Positions 47,902 to 57,430 of a stretch of DNA of 64,000 bases are shown piece after piece (the stretch's first letter is position 1; each line of letters starts with the position of its first letter). A program made the translations under genes and the position numbers. The notes under the pieces are model-generated. The model did no database searches and was not told the DNA's origin. It saw only the letters and a program-made list of their open reading frames with translations. The DNA is from an uncultured bacterium (GTDB lineage: Bacteria; Patescibacteriota; Minisyncoccia; Phycocordibacterales; UBA9973). The stretch covers positions 32,033 through 96,032 of the forward strand of contig CAITQP010000006.1 of the NCBI GenBank assembly GCA_903894565.1, given 5' to 3'.

Positions 47902-48699
47902 ATGGAATATACAGACTACCTTCCGTTTGCGCTCGACCTTGCTCGTGATGCCGGTGGCATCATGCGACAAAATTTCATGCTTGGCATGAAAAAAGAATGG
48001 AAGAGCGATGCAACTCCGCTAACAGAAACGGATACCAAGATTCATACACTTGTATGCGATTCGATTGCACGTGAATTTCCAAGTCACTCCGTGCTCTCCG
48101 AAGAGGGGGATGAGGAAGCCAAAAATCCAACTACTGAATATGTGTGGGTGTGTGATCCAGTTGATGGCACACACAATTTTGCTCATGGTATTCCGACCGC
48201 TACGTTTGCACTCGCACTTGTACAGAACGGTAAACCAATCGTCGCTGTTATCTACGATCCGTTTATGGACCGATTGTTTTATGCAGAGAAAGGTAAGGGT
48301 GCGTTCATGAACAACAAGCAGATTCATGTATCCGACAACCAGACCGTCAAAAAAACAGTCATCGGTATTGGCAAGTGGTCAAACGAAACAACGAATCTTT
48401 TTCCGGTTGGTGAACAATTGCGCGAGCGTGGCGTACGTCTCGTTACAGGACTTTCGATTGACTATATGGGAGCACTCGTTGCAGCAGGAGAGTTTTCCGC
48501 CACAATATTTGGGGGCACATCTCCGTTTGATACGGTCGCAATCCAGCTTCTCGTGGAAGAGGCAGGGGGCAAGGCAACAGACCTCACTGGAAGCACTGTA
48601 GAGCGCTACGATCGGGAAGTTCCTGGACAGCTTGCAACGAATGGCTTGGTTCATGACGAAATTTTGCAACTCATAAAGGAATATGGAGCACGATCCTAA
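47902..48699 (+). CDS. Inositol monophosphatase family protein (SuhB/IMPase-like)
   Basis: Motifs WVCDPVDGT and LSEEG. Confidence 0.7.
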   Translation: MEYTDYLPFALDLARDAGGIMRQNFMLGMKKEWKSDATPLTETDTKIHTLVCDSIAREFPSHSVLSEEGDEEAKNPTTEYVWVCDPVDGTHNFAHGIPTATFALALVQNGKPIVAVIYDPFMDRLFYAEKGKGAFMNNKQIHVSDNQTVKKTVIGIGKWSNETTNLFPVGEQLRERGVRLVTGLSIDYMGALVAAGEFSATIFGGTSPFDTVAIQLLVEEAGGKATDLTGSTVERYDREVPGQLATNGLVHDEILQLIKEYGARS

Positions 48700-49483
48700 A
48701 ATCGAAGTAAACATTCCCATCCTCTACGAGGATGCGTACTGTATGTGCATCAACAAACCTGCCGGACTTGCAGTTCACGGTGATGGAAAAGCAGATGAGT
48801 TTACGCTTGCTGATTGGATTCTTGAATATCACCCAACGCTTGCTCCTGTGGGTGAGCCACTACGTGTTCGAATTGGAGGAGAAGAGATTACGGTCCCGAA
48901 GCCAGGGATCGTGCACCGACTCGACAAAGATACCTCGGGAGTCATGGTGCTCACAAAAACTCACGAAGCATATGAATTTTTCAAACAGCAGTTTCAAGAA
49001 CGAGAGATACAAAAAATGTATCTCGCCTTTGTGTATGGATGGATCAAAGAAGATGCGATGGAAATTACAGGTTCGATCGGTCGTGATTCGAGTAACATCA
49101 GGCGCTGGACTGTTTCCAAAAACGCACGTGGGACTCTGCGTGATGCTGTAACAAATATTCGTGTTGTGAAGCGATTTGGTCATTCTACGAATGGGGGAGA
49201 ATATGATGGCAAGGGAAGTACCGAAGAGGGAACGTTTTCAATCGTTGAGGCTCGTCCAAAGACAGGAAGAACACACCAAATTCGCGTGCATATGCGCTCT
49301 GTGAACCACCCAATCGTCGGAGATTCACTGTATGCGCCAAAGCGTGCTCAAGGGCTTGGGTTCGTGCGTCAGGCGCTCCACGCACGCGAGCTAACGCTCG
49401 CGCTCCCGTCCGGCCAAACCATTACAGTACAAGCCCCATACCCCGAAGACTTCCAAAAAGCCCTCGAGGTTGCAAATGCATAA
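48683..49483 (+). CDS. RluA-family pseudouridine synthase
   Basis: Catalytic motif [12 protein letters not shown]. Confidence 0.75.
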   Translation: MEHDPKIEVNIPILYEDAYCMCINKPAGLAVHGDGKADEFTLADWILEYHPTLAPVGEPLRVRIGGEEITVPKPGIVHRLDKDTSGVMVLTKTHEAYEFFKQQFQEREIQKMYLAFVYGWIKEDAMEITGSIGRDSSNIRRWTVSKNARGTLRDAVTNIRVVKRFGHSTNGGEYDGKGSTEEGTFSIVEARPKTGRTHQIRVHMRSVNHPIVGDSLYAPKRAQGLGFVRQALHARELTLALPSGQTITVQAPYPEDFQKALEVANA

Positions 49484-49508
49484 GCAGTGTGTTAAAGTAC
49501 GCCCTGTT

Positions 49509-49919
49509 ATGGCATTACAGCTCACACCAGTAAAAAAAGCAGATCGCACAGCAGTCGATTTTTCTTCAGGCGACACAGTGCGCGTCTGGGTCAAAATTCC
49601 TGAAAAAGGCAAATTTCGCCTCCAGGCTTTTGAAGGTCTCGTACTTGCTCGCAAGCACGGCACAGAAATCGGCGCGACTTTCACTGTCCGCAAAGTAGCC
49701 TCAGGTGTTGGAGTAGAGCGTATCTTTCCTCTCTTCTCACCAATGATTGATTCAATCGAGGTCATCAAGCGTTCTGGTGCTCGTCGCAGTAAACTTTACT
49801 ATGTTCGAGAGAAGGCAGTCCGCGACATCCGCAAGAAAATGAAGAGTGTCCGCGTCGTCGCAAGTGACGAAGCAGATGTTCCGGAAGTCGAAGCAGTAGC
49901 CGAGAAAACAGAAGCCTAG
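49509..49919 (+). CDS. rplS: 50S ribosomal protein L19
   Basis: [15 protein letters not shown]...[13 protein letters not shown]; start at the internal ATG after the rluA-family stop. Confidence 0.8.
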   Translation: MALQLTPVKKADRTAVDFSSGDTVRVWVKIPEKGKFRLQAFEGLVLARKHGTEIGATFTVRKVASGVGVERIFPLFSPMIDSIEVIKRSGARRSKLYYVREKAVRDIRKKMKSVRVVASDEADVPEVEAVAEKTEA

Positions 49920-49953
49920 TATACTAGGGAAGCTGTCCGCAAGGATGGCACAT

Positions 49954-50037
49954 GCGCAGGTGGCGAAACTGGTAGACGCACTACCTTGAGGTGGTAGCAC
50001 CCGCAAGGGTATGGAAGTTCAAGTCTTCTCCTGCGCA
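49954..50037 (+). tRNA. tRNA-Leu (anticodon GAG), type II
   Basis: Acceptor GCGCAGG/CCTGCGC, anticodon stem-loop CTACC-TTGAGGT-GGTAG, long variable arm, T-arm GGAAGTTCAAGTCTTCT. Confidence 0.85.
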
Positions 50038-50045
50038 CAAGGAAA

Positions 50046-50075
50046 ATAACTCTTACATTGTAAGGGTTATTTTTT
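50046..50075 (+). terminator. Terminator hairpin ATAACTCTTAC-ATT-GTAAGGGTTAT + TTTTT (member of a repeated hairpin family)
   Basis: 11-bp stem with one G·U, followed by a T tract, directly after tRNA-Leu. Confidence 0.6.
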
Positions 50076-50115
50076 ATCCCTAAAACAAAGTTTGAATTTT
50101 TGATATACTAAGAAC

Positions 50116-51093
50116 ATGGAACAATTTCCTGGAAAAAATCGTCTAGAAAAGGCTACAGATTTTTTAAAAGAACAAAAAAAGAAAACCATTATATATGGTA
50201 GTCTTGTTGCTACTCTTGGAGGTCTCGCTGTCCCGGAAAAGACCCAAGCACAACAAAGTTCTGTCGACACTAGCATCTTTAAAAAAGTCGACATGAGGAA
50301 TGAATATAGATTTACCGATCAGGACTCTTTAGTAAGTGACAGTGCTTTTCGTTCAAAATTAGAATATTTTGAGAATAATCCTCATTTGATTTTAGATGAA
50401 TCAATAGACTCATTAGAAAAACAGCGTGATTGGGTTTTGGATAAAATGGATGACCCTGTGTATTTGATGCGTGCTACAAAATACGAAGGACTTTTAATTC
50501 AAGATATTAATAAAAGAAAAGAATATCTTAAGAATGCAAAGATTGTTTTTGTTGAGTCGGATAAAATTCGCTCTACTGAAGTTGGCGATGCGGCAGGACA
50601 TACATATGGATATAGAGATAATGCAATTATAGCGGTGGCCACTAAGTCTAAAAACTTGAAAAATAAAGTTCCTGTTGTTGTTCATGAATCTGCTCATGCA
50701 AGACCAACAATGTCTGCTTATGCATATAATCTTTATCAATCTGCATTTTTTCACGTCGAGGACTCAATTGCAGCTTCGAAAAATAAAACATACGGCACAC
50801 CTGATTGGGGTTTTACAGAAACATCCATGGACACAAAAGAAGAGCTTATTGCGTATCAGAAATATTTTTCTCAGGCAGAAGAATTGGATGCATCAAGACA
50901 TGTATTTGAGTACGAGATTGAAAAATTGGGTATTAAAAAATATGGAGATGAATTCACGGATGAAACTTTTGATAAGGTTTTACGCGCGATAAAAGAAGGC
51001 AAGTTGAGCAATAATGCCGTTGAATTTTTTACCCATATTAATCCAGAAGAGCATGGTAAATGGATTAAGCTTATAATGAATACGATTGCATAG
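50116..51093 (+). CDS. Hypothetical exported protein
   Basis: Signal/anchor IIYGSLVATLGGLAVPEKTQAQQ; contains VVVHESAHA (possible HExxH-like). Confidence 0.4.
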   Translation: MEQFPGKNRLEKATDFLKEQKKKTIIYGSLVATLGGLAVPEKTQAQQSSVDTSIFKKVDMRNEYRFTDQDSLVSDSAFRSKLEYFENNPHLILDESIDSLEKQRDWVLDKMDDPVYLMRATKYEGLLIQDINKRKEYLKNAKIVFVESDKIRSTEVGDAAGHTYGYRDNAIIAVATKSKNLKNKVPVVVHESAHARPTMSAYAYNLYQSAFFHVEDSIAASKNKTYGTPDWGFTETSMDTKEELIAYQKYFSQAEELDASRHVFEYEIEKLGIKKYGDEFTDETFDKVLRAIKEGKLSNNAVEFFTHINPEEHGKWIKLIMNTIA

Positions 51094-51197
51094 GAGTTTG
51101 CTGACAGATAAGAGTGATTTTTTTTACGATACTGACGATATTTTCTCAGTCCTCCATATATCCACGATAGGAAACCAAGTATGATCTGGGTTTCTAA

Positions 51198-51267
51198 TGA
51201 AATAATTCCTAACGTCGTCTAGTAGGGAGCACAACGAAAAACACCCTTACATTGTAAGGGTGTTTTT
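51198..51267 (+). repeat. About 70-bp intergenic repeat element ending in a perfect terminator hairpin (copy 1)
   Basis: TGAAATAATTCCTAACGTCGTCTAGTAGGGAGCACAACGAAAAA + ACACCCTTAC-ATT-GTAAGGGTGT-TTTTT; second copy at 54993–55067. Confidence 0.8.
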
Positions 51268-51308
51268 CTATACAAAATTGAGGTTGGAACCTGTGTTAGA
51301 ATTTATAT

Positions 51309-51962
51309 ATGGAAGAATTTAAACCTGATTTAAACAATGCGCAACCAAAACCAGAGGAATCATCCCAGGTAAATGAAAGGCCTATTAGTCCCGAGGATTT
51401 TTTTTCAACTAAAATTGAGACCTATCGTCTTACCAAAGATAACTTCTATAAGCTCATCAAACAGCGGAATCCTGAAATGGATGACGACAAGATATGGCAA
51501 GCAAAGGGAGTTAACATGGAGATGAACGGAAAAGTTATAATACTTCTGAGAACAGATAAATACCCTGAACAGTATATGCCGTACTTGGAGACCCATGAAA
51601 AATGGGAAGCATATATTGCTCGAAAAAACGGATTTAATTTATGGGACAGATCTGTGAGGCGATACAAGGAAGACAAGGAAATTGATTCTTTGGAGGGTGA
51701 CAAGCTGAAAGAATTTTTTAAGGAGCTGGAAGTTTATAATTATGATTTTCGTCATGAATACGCAATATACAAAGAATATCAGCAAGCTCTAAGTGATGGC
51801 AGGTTGGAGGAGTATCATAAATGGTTTATGGAGCTGCGTGAGACAGAAAAATCGGGATCGAGTGAAGCAAATTTAAAGTTGATAGAGAATGACACCAACA
51901 TACGAGAATCAATCTATAAAAAACTAACTGAAGGCGGTACTCATATATTTACGCGTAATTAG
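51309..51962 (+). CDS. Hypothetical protein
   Basis: ORF with acidic/aromatic composition; followed by a repeated downstream motif at 51974–52010 (also seen at 51134–51170). Confidence 0.4.
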   Translation: MEEFKPDLNNAQPKPEESSQVNERPISPEDFFSTKIETYRLTKDNFYKLIKQRNPEMDDDKIWQAKGVNMEMNGKVIILLRTDKYPEQYMPYLETHEKWEAYIARKNGFNLWDRSVRRYKEDKEIDSLEGDKLKEFFKELEVYNYDFRHEYAIYKEYQQALSDGRLEEYHKWFMELRETEKSGSSEANLKLIENDTNIRESIYKKLTEGGTHIFTRN

Positions 51963-52233
51963 TAATCGGTGCAGACGATATTTTTTCAGCTCTCCATAGA
52001 TCCACAATAAAAATGCTTCAATAGTGATTGTTTCTTGTTCGACTGGAAAAGCTCACGGAATAGCTCAACATATTTCGAAAACATATGACACGGGCGTGGT
52101 CGGTCCGAAAGTGACGACAAGTCTCAGGAGTCTCAGCGCTTCTTTCGATGAAGAAGGGAAAATAAAAATCGATGGGACATACCAGGAGGAAAAAGGCATA
52201 GACCCCAAGCAAGTATATTCAAAAGGAAGACCA

Positions 52234-53010
52234 TTATAAACTTTTATGTAATCTCTGAGCTTCAGCCCAAGCAAGTTCATATATTTTTTTCATAGCATCA
52301 GCAATCTCAGTACTTTCAATAATGATGCCAAGCTTTTCTCTCCACGAAGCTATCATGACTTTGTTGTCATAGATATTGATTTCTGGATGGAATCCAAATT
52401 GACTTGAGGGCACTATCAATGATTGACGGAGTTCTTGTTTGTCTAAGCTTGCTCGTTCTCGAGCATCAGCAGATTCAGGGAAAATTGCTCGGATTGAGAT
52501 TCCTTTCTTTGCGCGTCGTTTATAGTAGTCAGGAAAATAATGGGGCAGGGTAGGCTTTATATCCTCTACACTGGCGAAAGCTCGAATTTCTTCATGTGAA
52601 GTCAGAGTGTCTTCGTACACTTTTTGCAGACCTTCTTTTCCTTCGTAAAAAAGTACTTTCGGGCGGTTGTTTATATTGTGTATTGATTTCAATTCGGGAA
52701 TGACAAGACGCGCCTCTTCAAGATATTTTTTTTGCTTTTCTAATTGCTCTGATATAAGAACCTCGATCTTATCGGGAGATTCTGCTACGAACTCTTGTTT
52801 CGGTTCTTTGCCGGATACCTGAACAAGCCCTTTCGCGGTGAGGGAGGCGAGCACATGGTAACCACTTGGACGATTTATTCCAGCTTTTCTTGAGATCTGA
52901 GTGACACTACCCGCGCCTAATTCTAAAAGAGCTATATATACAAGGATTTCTTTTTCACTAAAACCAATGAATTCAAGGCTTTTTTCGATGTGTAAGGTTT
53001 GGTTAGACAT
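52234..53010 (-). CDS. TrmB-family transcriptional regulator
   Basis: wHTH EKEILVYIALLELGAGSVTQISRKAGINRPSGYHVLASL; start at the internal Met (53010) or at 53049. Confidence 0.65.
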   Translation of the reverse strand: MSNQTLHIEKSLEFIGFSEKEILVYIALLELGAGSVTQISRKAGINRPSGYHVLASLTAKGLVQVSGKEPKQEFVAESPDKIEVLISEQLEKQKKYLEEARLVIPELKSIHNINNRPKVLFYEGKEGLQKVYEDTLTSHEEIRAFASVEDIKPTLPHYFPDYYKRRAKKGISIRAIFPESADARERASLDKQELRQSLIVPSSQFGFHPEINIYDNKVMIASWREKLGIIIESTEIADAMKKIYELAWAEAQRLHKSL

Positions 53011-53125
53011 AATATAAGTATATAGGAAAGGATAGTTATTTGTCAACAACTATCAACAGAATTTTAATCTAACTTAAATACACATACAAATTAAGGCTAT
53101 TTAGCAAGTATATTGATTATACTTA

Positions 53126-53153
53126 TTGACAATATGTATATTATATATATAAT
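53126..53153 (+). promoter_or_regulatory. Sigma70-like promoter TTGACA-16-TATAAT upstream of the radical SAM gene
   Basis: TTGACA at 53126–53131 and TATAAT at 53148–53153. Nearby TTGTCAA/TTGACAA inverted motifs could be an operator for the divergent TrmB regulator. Confidence 0.4.
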
Positions 53154-53193
53154 ATGGTCGAATTTTGTTAACTTTTAAAACCAAATAAGACAA

Positions 53194-54951
53194 ATGAAAA
53201 AAGCAAAAAGTATCATCGGAAACGCTGTACAGCGTATGGGGATAATCATATGTATTATCTCAGTTGCCCTCATGGGTATGTCGTTCACTCCTGAGAAAGT
53301 ACTTGTGCTTTCGGGGAGTGGGTATGAAATGAGTATAGAGCATTATTTACCATCAGGAGAACGCGTTCGTGTTCCTAACGGATGTAAGCGCGAAGTCGTC
53401 GGATTTGACTCTTGTATGTCAGCTGTTCGTTTGTGGGGAAGTGGATGGACTACAAATACCCGACATTCAGAAAAAAGGATTAAGGTGGGATTTAAATCGT
53501 CTTATTTTAAAAGACAGGAGAAGATGCTATTCGCTGTTGCTCCTGTTCTTGGACTAAGGCAAAAGCGTATCCTAGTCATTCATTTAAAATACCCGTATGG
53601 AAAATCTCAAATTTACATGGGTGGTTCAACTATCTCTGTTATGGCGCGATTTAAACACATGGGTTACGAGGTTGATTATCTCGACTTAAATTTTGATCCT
53701 ACTCCTGGTGATGATATTGGTTCATTTCACAAAGCCAAAAATGCTGACATTATTGCAATCTCTGTGACTGGGGCGCCGTATGTTCCTTCACTTATTGATT
53801 TGACCTGGGAGCTCTCTCACTTTGGTCGGGGGAAGCAGATACTACTTGGTGGGCAGGTAATTGAAAGACTTGATTCTGCGCAATTCGAATCTCTTTTCGG
53901 TAGTAAAATGTTTGGCAATGTGAAGCAAATTGTAACAGACGCTGATTTTGCAAAAGCACTTGATTGTACTGTCGGTGAGTTGCCGAACCCGTACGCCATA
54001 TCTTTTGTTCCTGCATGGGAAAGTATTGGTAACGAGCGACTCAAGAAATATCTCTCAAACGAGATGACACTGGTTCTTTCGCAAGGGTGTCACTTTCAGT
54101 GTGCGTTCTGCGCTGCGAGTAAGGCCGAGAGGGAGAAATTCAAAATGATGGATTGCTTCTCAACAGATCTTTTGTTTTTGACTTCAAAAGCAAAAGAATT
54201 TGGCCTAAAGGAATTACAGTTCTACGCAACATCTTTGGATTTTTTTCAGAATCCTAAAATTGTAGCGGGTTACCTTGAGGAAGTGGGGAGGATTCAGTCA
54301 GAAACAGGAATCAAGATTAAGATTCGCTGTCTATGTTGCGCTTCTTCATTTCTGCACGCTGCGAAGGTTGTGGGTGAACTGCGGCTTAAGACGTTGATAC
54401 AGGAATCAGGGCTATGGTGTATTGGTTTTGGAGTGGATGGAGCGGACGCAGATGTCTGGAAAGCTCAAAAGAAGCGTCAGAACAATCTTAATGAAATTAA
54501 GGACTGCCTCGATCTCGCTACAAGAATGAATATACGCTCTGAGATCTTGCTTGTTATGGGTTTTCCTCAGGATACCCTAAAGACCCTCGCAAAATGCGTT
54601 ATCAATTCAGTACGATATGTTTCGCATTGGCCAAACATAATGCTCAGACCGTATCTTGCAAAGGAGCTTGTTCCTGGTAACGACGGATGGAAATCCGGCA
54701 ATCCCGCCGTGAATACTTTTATCTCAGACCCTAAGAAATTCTACAATTTGGATTTCTGTGCGATTGGCTCGAAGAGTACACATCCGAGTTTCATGCATCG
54801 TATGTGGAGTAATCTTTCCTACCTGACTATTATCGGCATCTTTACTCCGTTAGGTAAGTGTTGCACGTCTCCATTATTACCACAGGGCGATGCAGGTCTG
54901 TATGGAAGGTTCGCAAAGTTCTTTAATCGCATCGTTCCGATGGACCGTTAA
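53194..54951 (+). CDS. B12-binding-domain radical SAM protein (with an N-terminal hydrophobic extension)
   Basis: CHFQCAFC (Cx3Cx2C) radical SAM cluster motif preceded by a Rossmann-like B12-binding region KRILVIHLKYP; start may be the internal Met at about 53524. Confidence 0.6.
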   Translation: MKKAKSIIGNAVQRMGIIICIISVALMGMSFTPEKVLVLSGSGYEMSIEHYLPSGERVRVPNGCKREVVGFDSCMSAVRLWGSGWTTNTRHSEKRIKVGFKSSYFKRQEKMLFAVAPVLGLRQKRILVIHLKYPYGKSQIYMGGSTISVMARFKHMGYEVDYLDLNFDPTPGDDIGSFHKAKNADIIAISVTGAPYVPSLIDLTWELSHFGRGKQILLGGQVIERLDSAQFESLFGSKMFGNVKQIVTDADFAKALDCTVGELPNPYAISFVPAWESIGNERLKKYLSNEMTLVLSQGCHFQCAFCAASKAEREKFKMMDCFSTDLLFLTSKAKEFGLKELQFYATSLDFFQNPKIVAGYLEEVGRIQSETGIKIKIRCLCCASSFLHAAKVVGELRLKTLIQESGLWCIGFGVDGADADVWKAQKKRQNNLNEIKDCLDLATRMNIRSEILLVMGFPQDTLKTLAKCVINSVRYVSHWPNIMLRPYLAKELVPGNDGWKSGNPAVNTFISDPKKFYNLDFCAIGSKSTHPSFMHRMWSNLSYLTIIGIFTPLGKCCTSPLLPQGDAGLYGRFAKFFNRIVPMDR

Positions 54952-54966
54952 ATTAATCTATTCCAA

Positions 54967-54988
54967 CAGCCCCGATTTCTCGGGGCTG
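54967..54988 (+). terminator. Hairpin CAGCCCCG-ATTTCT-CGGGGCTG after the radical SAM gene
   Basis: 8-bp GC-rich stem then TTTAT. Confidence 0.5.
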
Positions 54989-54992
54989 TTTA

Positions 54993-55067
54993 TGAAATAA
55001 TTCCTAATCTCGTCTAGTAGGGAGCACTACAAAAAATAACTCTTATTTATAAGGGTTATTTTTTTAC
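54993..55067 (+). repeat. About 70-bp intergenic repeat element with terminator hairpin (copy 2)
   Basis: TGAAATAATTCCTAATCTCGTCTAGTAGGGAGCACTACAAAAAATAACTCTTAT-TTA-TAAGGGTTAT-TTTTTTT. Confidence 0.8.
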
Positions 55068-55768
55068 TGCCCAATACCCGCGTATTCGTTTTCTATAAAT
55101 GAATACAAATGGGCATCATTGAATCGGTCGAGTTTTACTCCGTTTGCCGGACAGAGGTCACAACGACTCATAAGGTCGGACAATACTTGTATTCTCGATG
55201 CAGAAGTATTTTCGAGCGAACGGAAATAGAGGTCCCTCGTTTTTCCACGGAGCTCGATATACTCATTAGCAAAAGTTGCAAGTTGTGCCTCGCTTAGTAC
55301 GTTCAGTGCGAATAACTCGGAGGTAAATTTTCTGCTTTTTGATTTTCTGATTACCTTCTCCACAGTTCGTGGATCCGTAAGATACTGAGATTCGAGTATC
55401 TTTTTTAAGAGGGGATTTGGAGACGTTCTGCCGTTGGATCGGGAGAAGACTGCGTCCATGAGGTCATAAAACCCATTCGGGGTTTCATGGTAAAGTCCGC
55501 CAGAATATTTGTATTCCATACCGGGCTTTAGGAGAGCACTTACCTTACAAGCAAGTCGAGCGAGGTCGTTCGCTTCCATTGTTTTGTAATGCCGAACTAG
55601 GAGCTCGGCTATGAGATCTGGACACTCACTTGCGTCCGCGATTGCAACAATGTCCGGTGTTTCCGCGTCTTTTGTAAGAGCGATTACCACTGACTTAAGG
55701 GTTACGTTCGAATTTTCGAACCCCTTGATCTTCTTTAATGTCGAGAAAATACTTACTACCGTATGCAT
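55064..55768 (-). CDS. Hypothetical protein
   Basis: ORF only. Confidence 0.4.
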   Translation of the reverse strand: MHTVVSIFSTLKKIKGFENSNVTLKSVVIALTKDAETPDIVAIADASECPDLIAELLVRHYKTMEANDLARLACKVSALLKPGMEYKYSGGLYHETPNGFYDLMDAVFSRSNGRTSPNPLLKKILESQYLTDPRTVEKVIRKSKSRKFTSELFALNVLSEAQLATFANEYIELRGKTRDLYFRSLENTSASRIQVLSDLMSRCDLCPANGVKLDRFNDAHLYSFIENEYAGIGQ

Positions 55769-55800
55769 ATGGAGTTGTTAGAGAATGTTTAAAAATGAAA

Positions 55801-55829
55801 ACCCTGTCCCAAAACAATTGGGACAGGGT
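55801..55829. promoter_or_regulatory. Perfect 10-bp-stem palindrome ACCCTGTCCC-AAAACAATT-GGGACAGGGT in the divergent intergenic region
   Basis: Seen directly; the arms resemble the TGGGACAG / CTGTCCCA half-sites of island site A. Confidence 0.4.
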
Positions 55830-55940
55830 TACGTTCGAGCTCGAGTGTTGCTACGAATACAATCCTTTCCCAACTGAAGAGGGAAAGTGGCGATGGCTTT
55901 TGAGTATTTTCGGTGTGCCTTCTGTAAACATAGGACAACT

Positions 55941-55968
55941 TTAGCAAATCAAATTACTTTAGTCAAGT
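55941..55968. promoter_or_regulatory. Palindrome AAATTACTTTA-GTCAAG-TAAAGTAATTT about 60 bp upstream of msrB (candidate operator)
   Basis: 11-bp inverted repeat seen directly. Confidence 0.35.
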
Positions 55969-56029
55969 AAAGTAATTTTGGCTGCCGTGTGTGCTTATAG
56001 TTGAAGCCTAGAGCTGGTATACTTCACTT

Positions 56030-56386
56030 ATGGAGGAATTAACCACAGAAGAAAAAAGAGTCATCCTTGAAAAGGGCACAGAAGCTCCATTTACGGGGGA
56101 GTATGTGAACACCAAGGAAACTGGTGTGTATGTGTGTCGCCAGTGTGGCGCGCCGCTCTATGATTCAAAAGACAAATTTGAATCGACTTGTGGTTGGCCG
56201 AGTTTTGATGACGAGATCGCTGGTGCAGTACACAAAAATATTGATGCTGATGGTATGCGTACTGAAATTACGTGCGCGAAATGCGGGGGACATCTTGGCC
56301 ATGTATTCAAAGGGGAGCATTTAACAGAAAAGGATATTCGTCACTGTGTGAATTCGATTTCACTTCGATTTATCCCTGGGAAATAA
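56030..56386 (+). CDS. msrB: Peptide methionine-(R)-S-oxide reductase MsrB
   Basis: Zinc-binding CRQCGAPL...[10 protein letters not shown], plus CGWPSF and RHCVNSISL. Confidence 0.85.
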   Translation: MEELTTEEKRVILEKGTEAPFTGEYVNTKETGVYVCRQCGAPLYDSKDKFESTCGWPSFDDEIAGAVHKNIDADGMRTEITCAKCGGHLGHVFKGEHLTEKDIRHCVNSISLRFIPGK

Positions 56387-56389
56387 TAT

Positions 56390-56878
56390 ATGATACAAAA
56401 AGCTGTATTCGCGGGAGGATGTTTTTGGGGGTTGCAGGATTTGATTCGCACACAACCAGGAGTTGTTTCGACGCGTGTGGGGTATACCGGTGGAAGCATT
56501 CCAAACCCGACATTCGAACGCCATACCGGGCACGCCGAGGCTGTGGAGATCACCTACGATACAGAAAAAACATCGTACAAAAAACTGCTTGATTTTTTCT
56601 TTCAGATACATAATCCGACCACACTGAATCAGCAAGGGAACGATCGTGGTACTTCGTACCGCTCCGCTATTTTCTATGCAAATGATGAGGAAAAGCAAGA
56701 AGCTGAATCTTTTATCAAAATCGTAAATGATTCAAAGCGTTGGAAAGACCCAGTTGTTACAACGCTCGAACCACTCACCGAGTTTTATCTCGCCGAAGAC
56801 TATCACCAAGATTATCTACAGAAGCATCCAGGTGGCTATACCTGTCATGCAATTTGGTTTGAGAGTTATCTCGCATAA
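56390..56878 (+). CDS. msrA: Peptide methionine-(S)-S-oxide reductase MsrA
   Basis: Active-site GCFWG. Confidence 0.85.
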   Translation: MIQKAVFAGGCFWGLQDLIRTQPGVVSTRVGYTGGSIPNPTFERHTGHAEAVEITYDTEKTSYKKLLDFFFQIHNPTTLNQQGNDRGTSYRSAIFYANDEEKQEAESFIKIVNDSKRWKDPVVTTLEPLTEFYLAEDYHQDYLQKHPGGYTCHAIWFESYLA

Positions 56879-56991
56879 AAAAGGAGAACAAAGCCCGCCG
56901 GAGATATCTCCGGCGGGCTTTGTTGACAGGGGAGACAGAACCCTGTATATTGTTAGTATAACTAATAGTTAGATAAACTAACAATATTGCC

Positions 56992-57411
56992 ATGTCACTA
57001 CCAAACCAATCATTCCTCGAGGATCTGATCCTCACCTTTCGAAGGAAAATTCTCGAGAGCATGAGAACAGAATCGTTGAAACACGATCTATCGTTCTCTC
57101 AAACTGAAATTCTTCGGTTCATTGGCCTCAATGAACAAAAGACAATGAAGAGCATCGCCGATCATTTAAAGATCACTCCTCCCTCAGCAAGTGTACTTGT
57201 CGCTCAAATGGAGAAGCGGGGGCTGGTTCGAAGAAGGAGCGATCCTATTGATCGCCGAATTGTTTGGATCACGCTCGTACCGAAGACCAAGAAATTGATC
57301 GACAGTGCCTGCAAAAAGAAACAACTCATCTTTAAAGGAATGCTTTCGAAATTGACTGAGAAAGACCAAAAAGAACTTGAGCGAATTATCAATATCCTTA
57401 TTAAAGAATAA
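56992..57411 (+). CDS. MarR-family transcriptional regulator
   Basis: wHTH LSFSQTEILRFIG...IADHLKITPPSASVLVAQMEKRGLVRR. Confidence 0.75.
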   Translation: MSLPNQSFLEDLILTFRRKILESMRTESLKHDLSFSQTEILRFIGLNEQKTMKSIADHLKITPPSASVLVAQMEKRGLVRRRSDPIDRRIVWITLVPKTKKLIDSACKKKQLIFKGMLSKLTEKDQKELERIINILIKE

Positions 57412-57430
57412 ATAGTAGTAATCAGTATTT

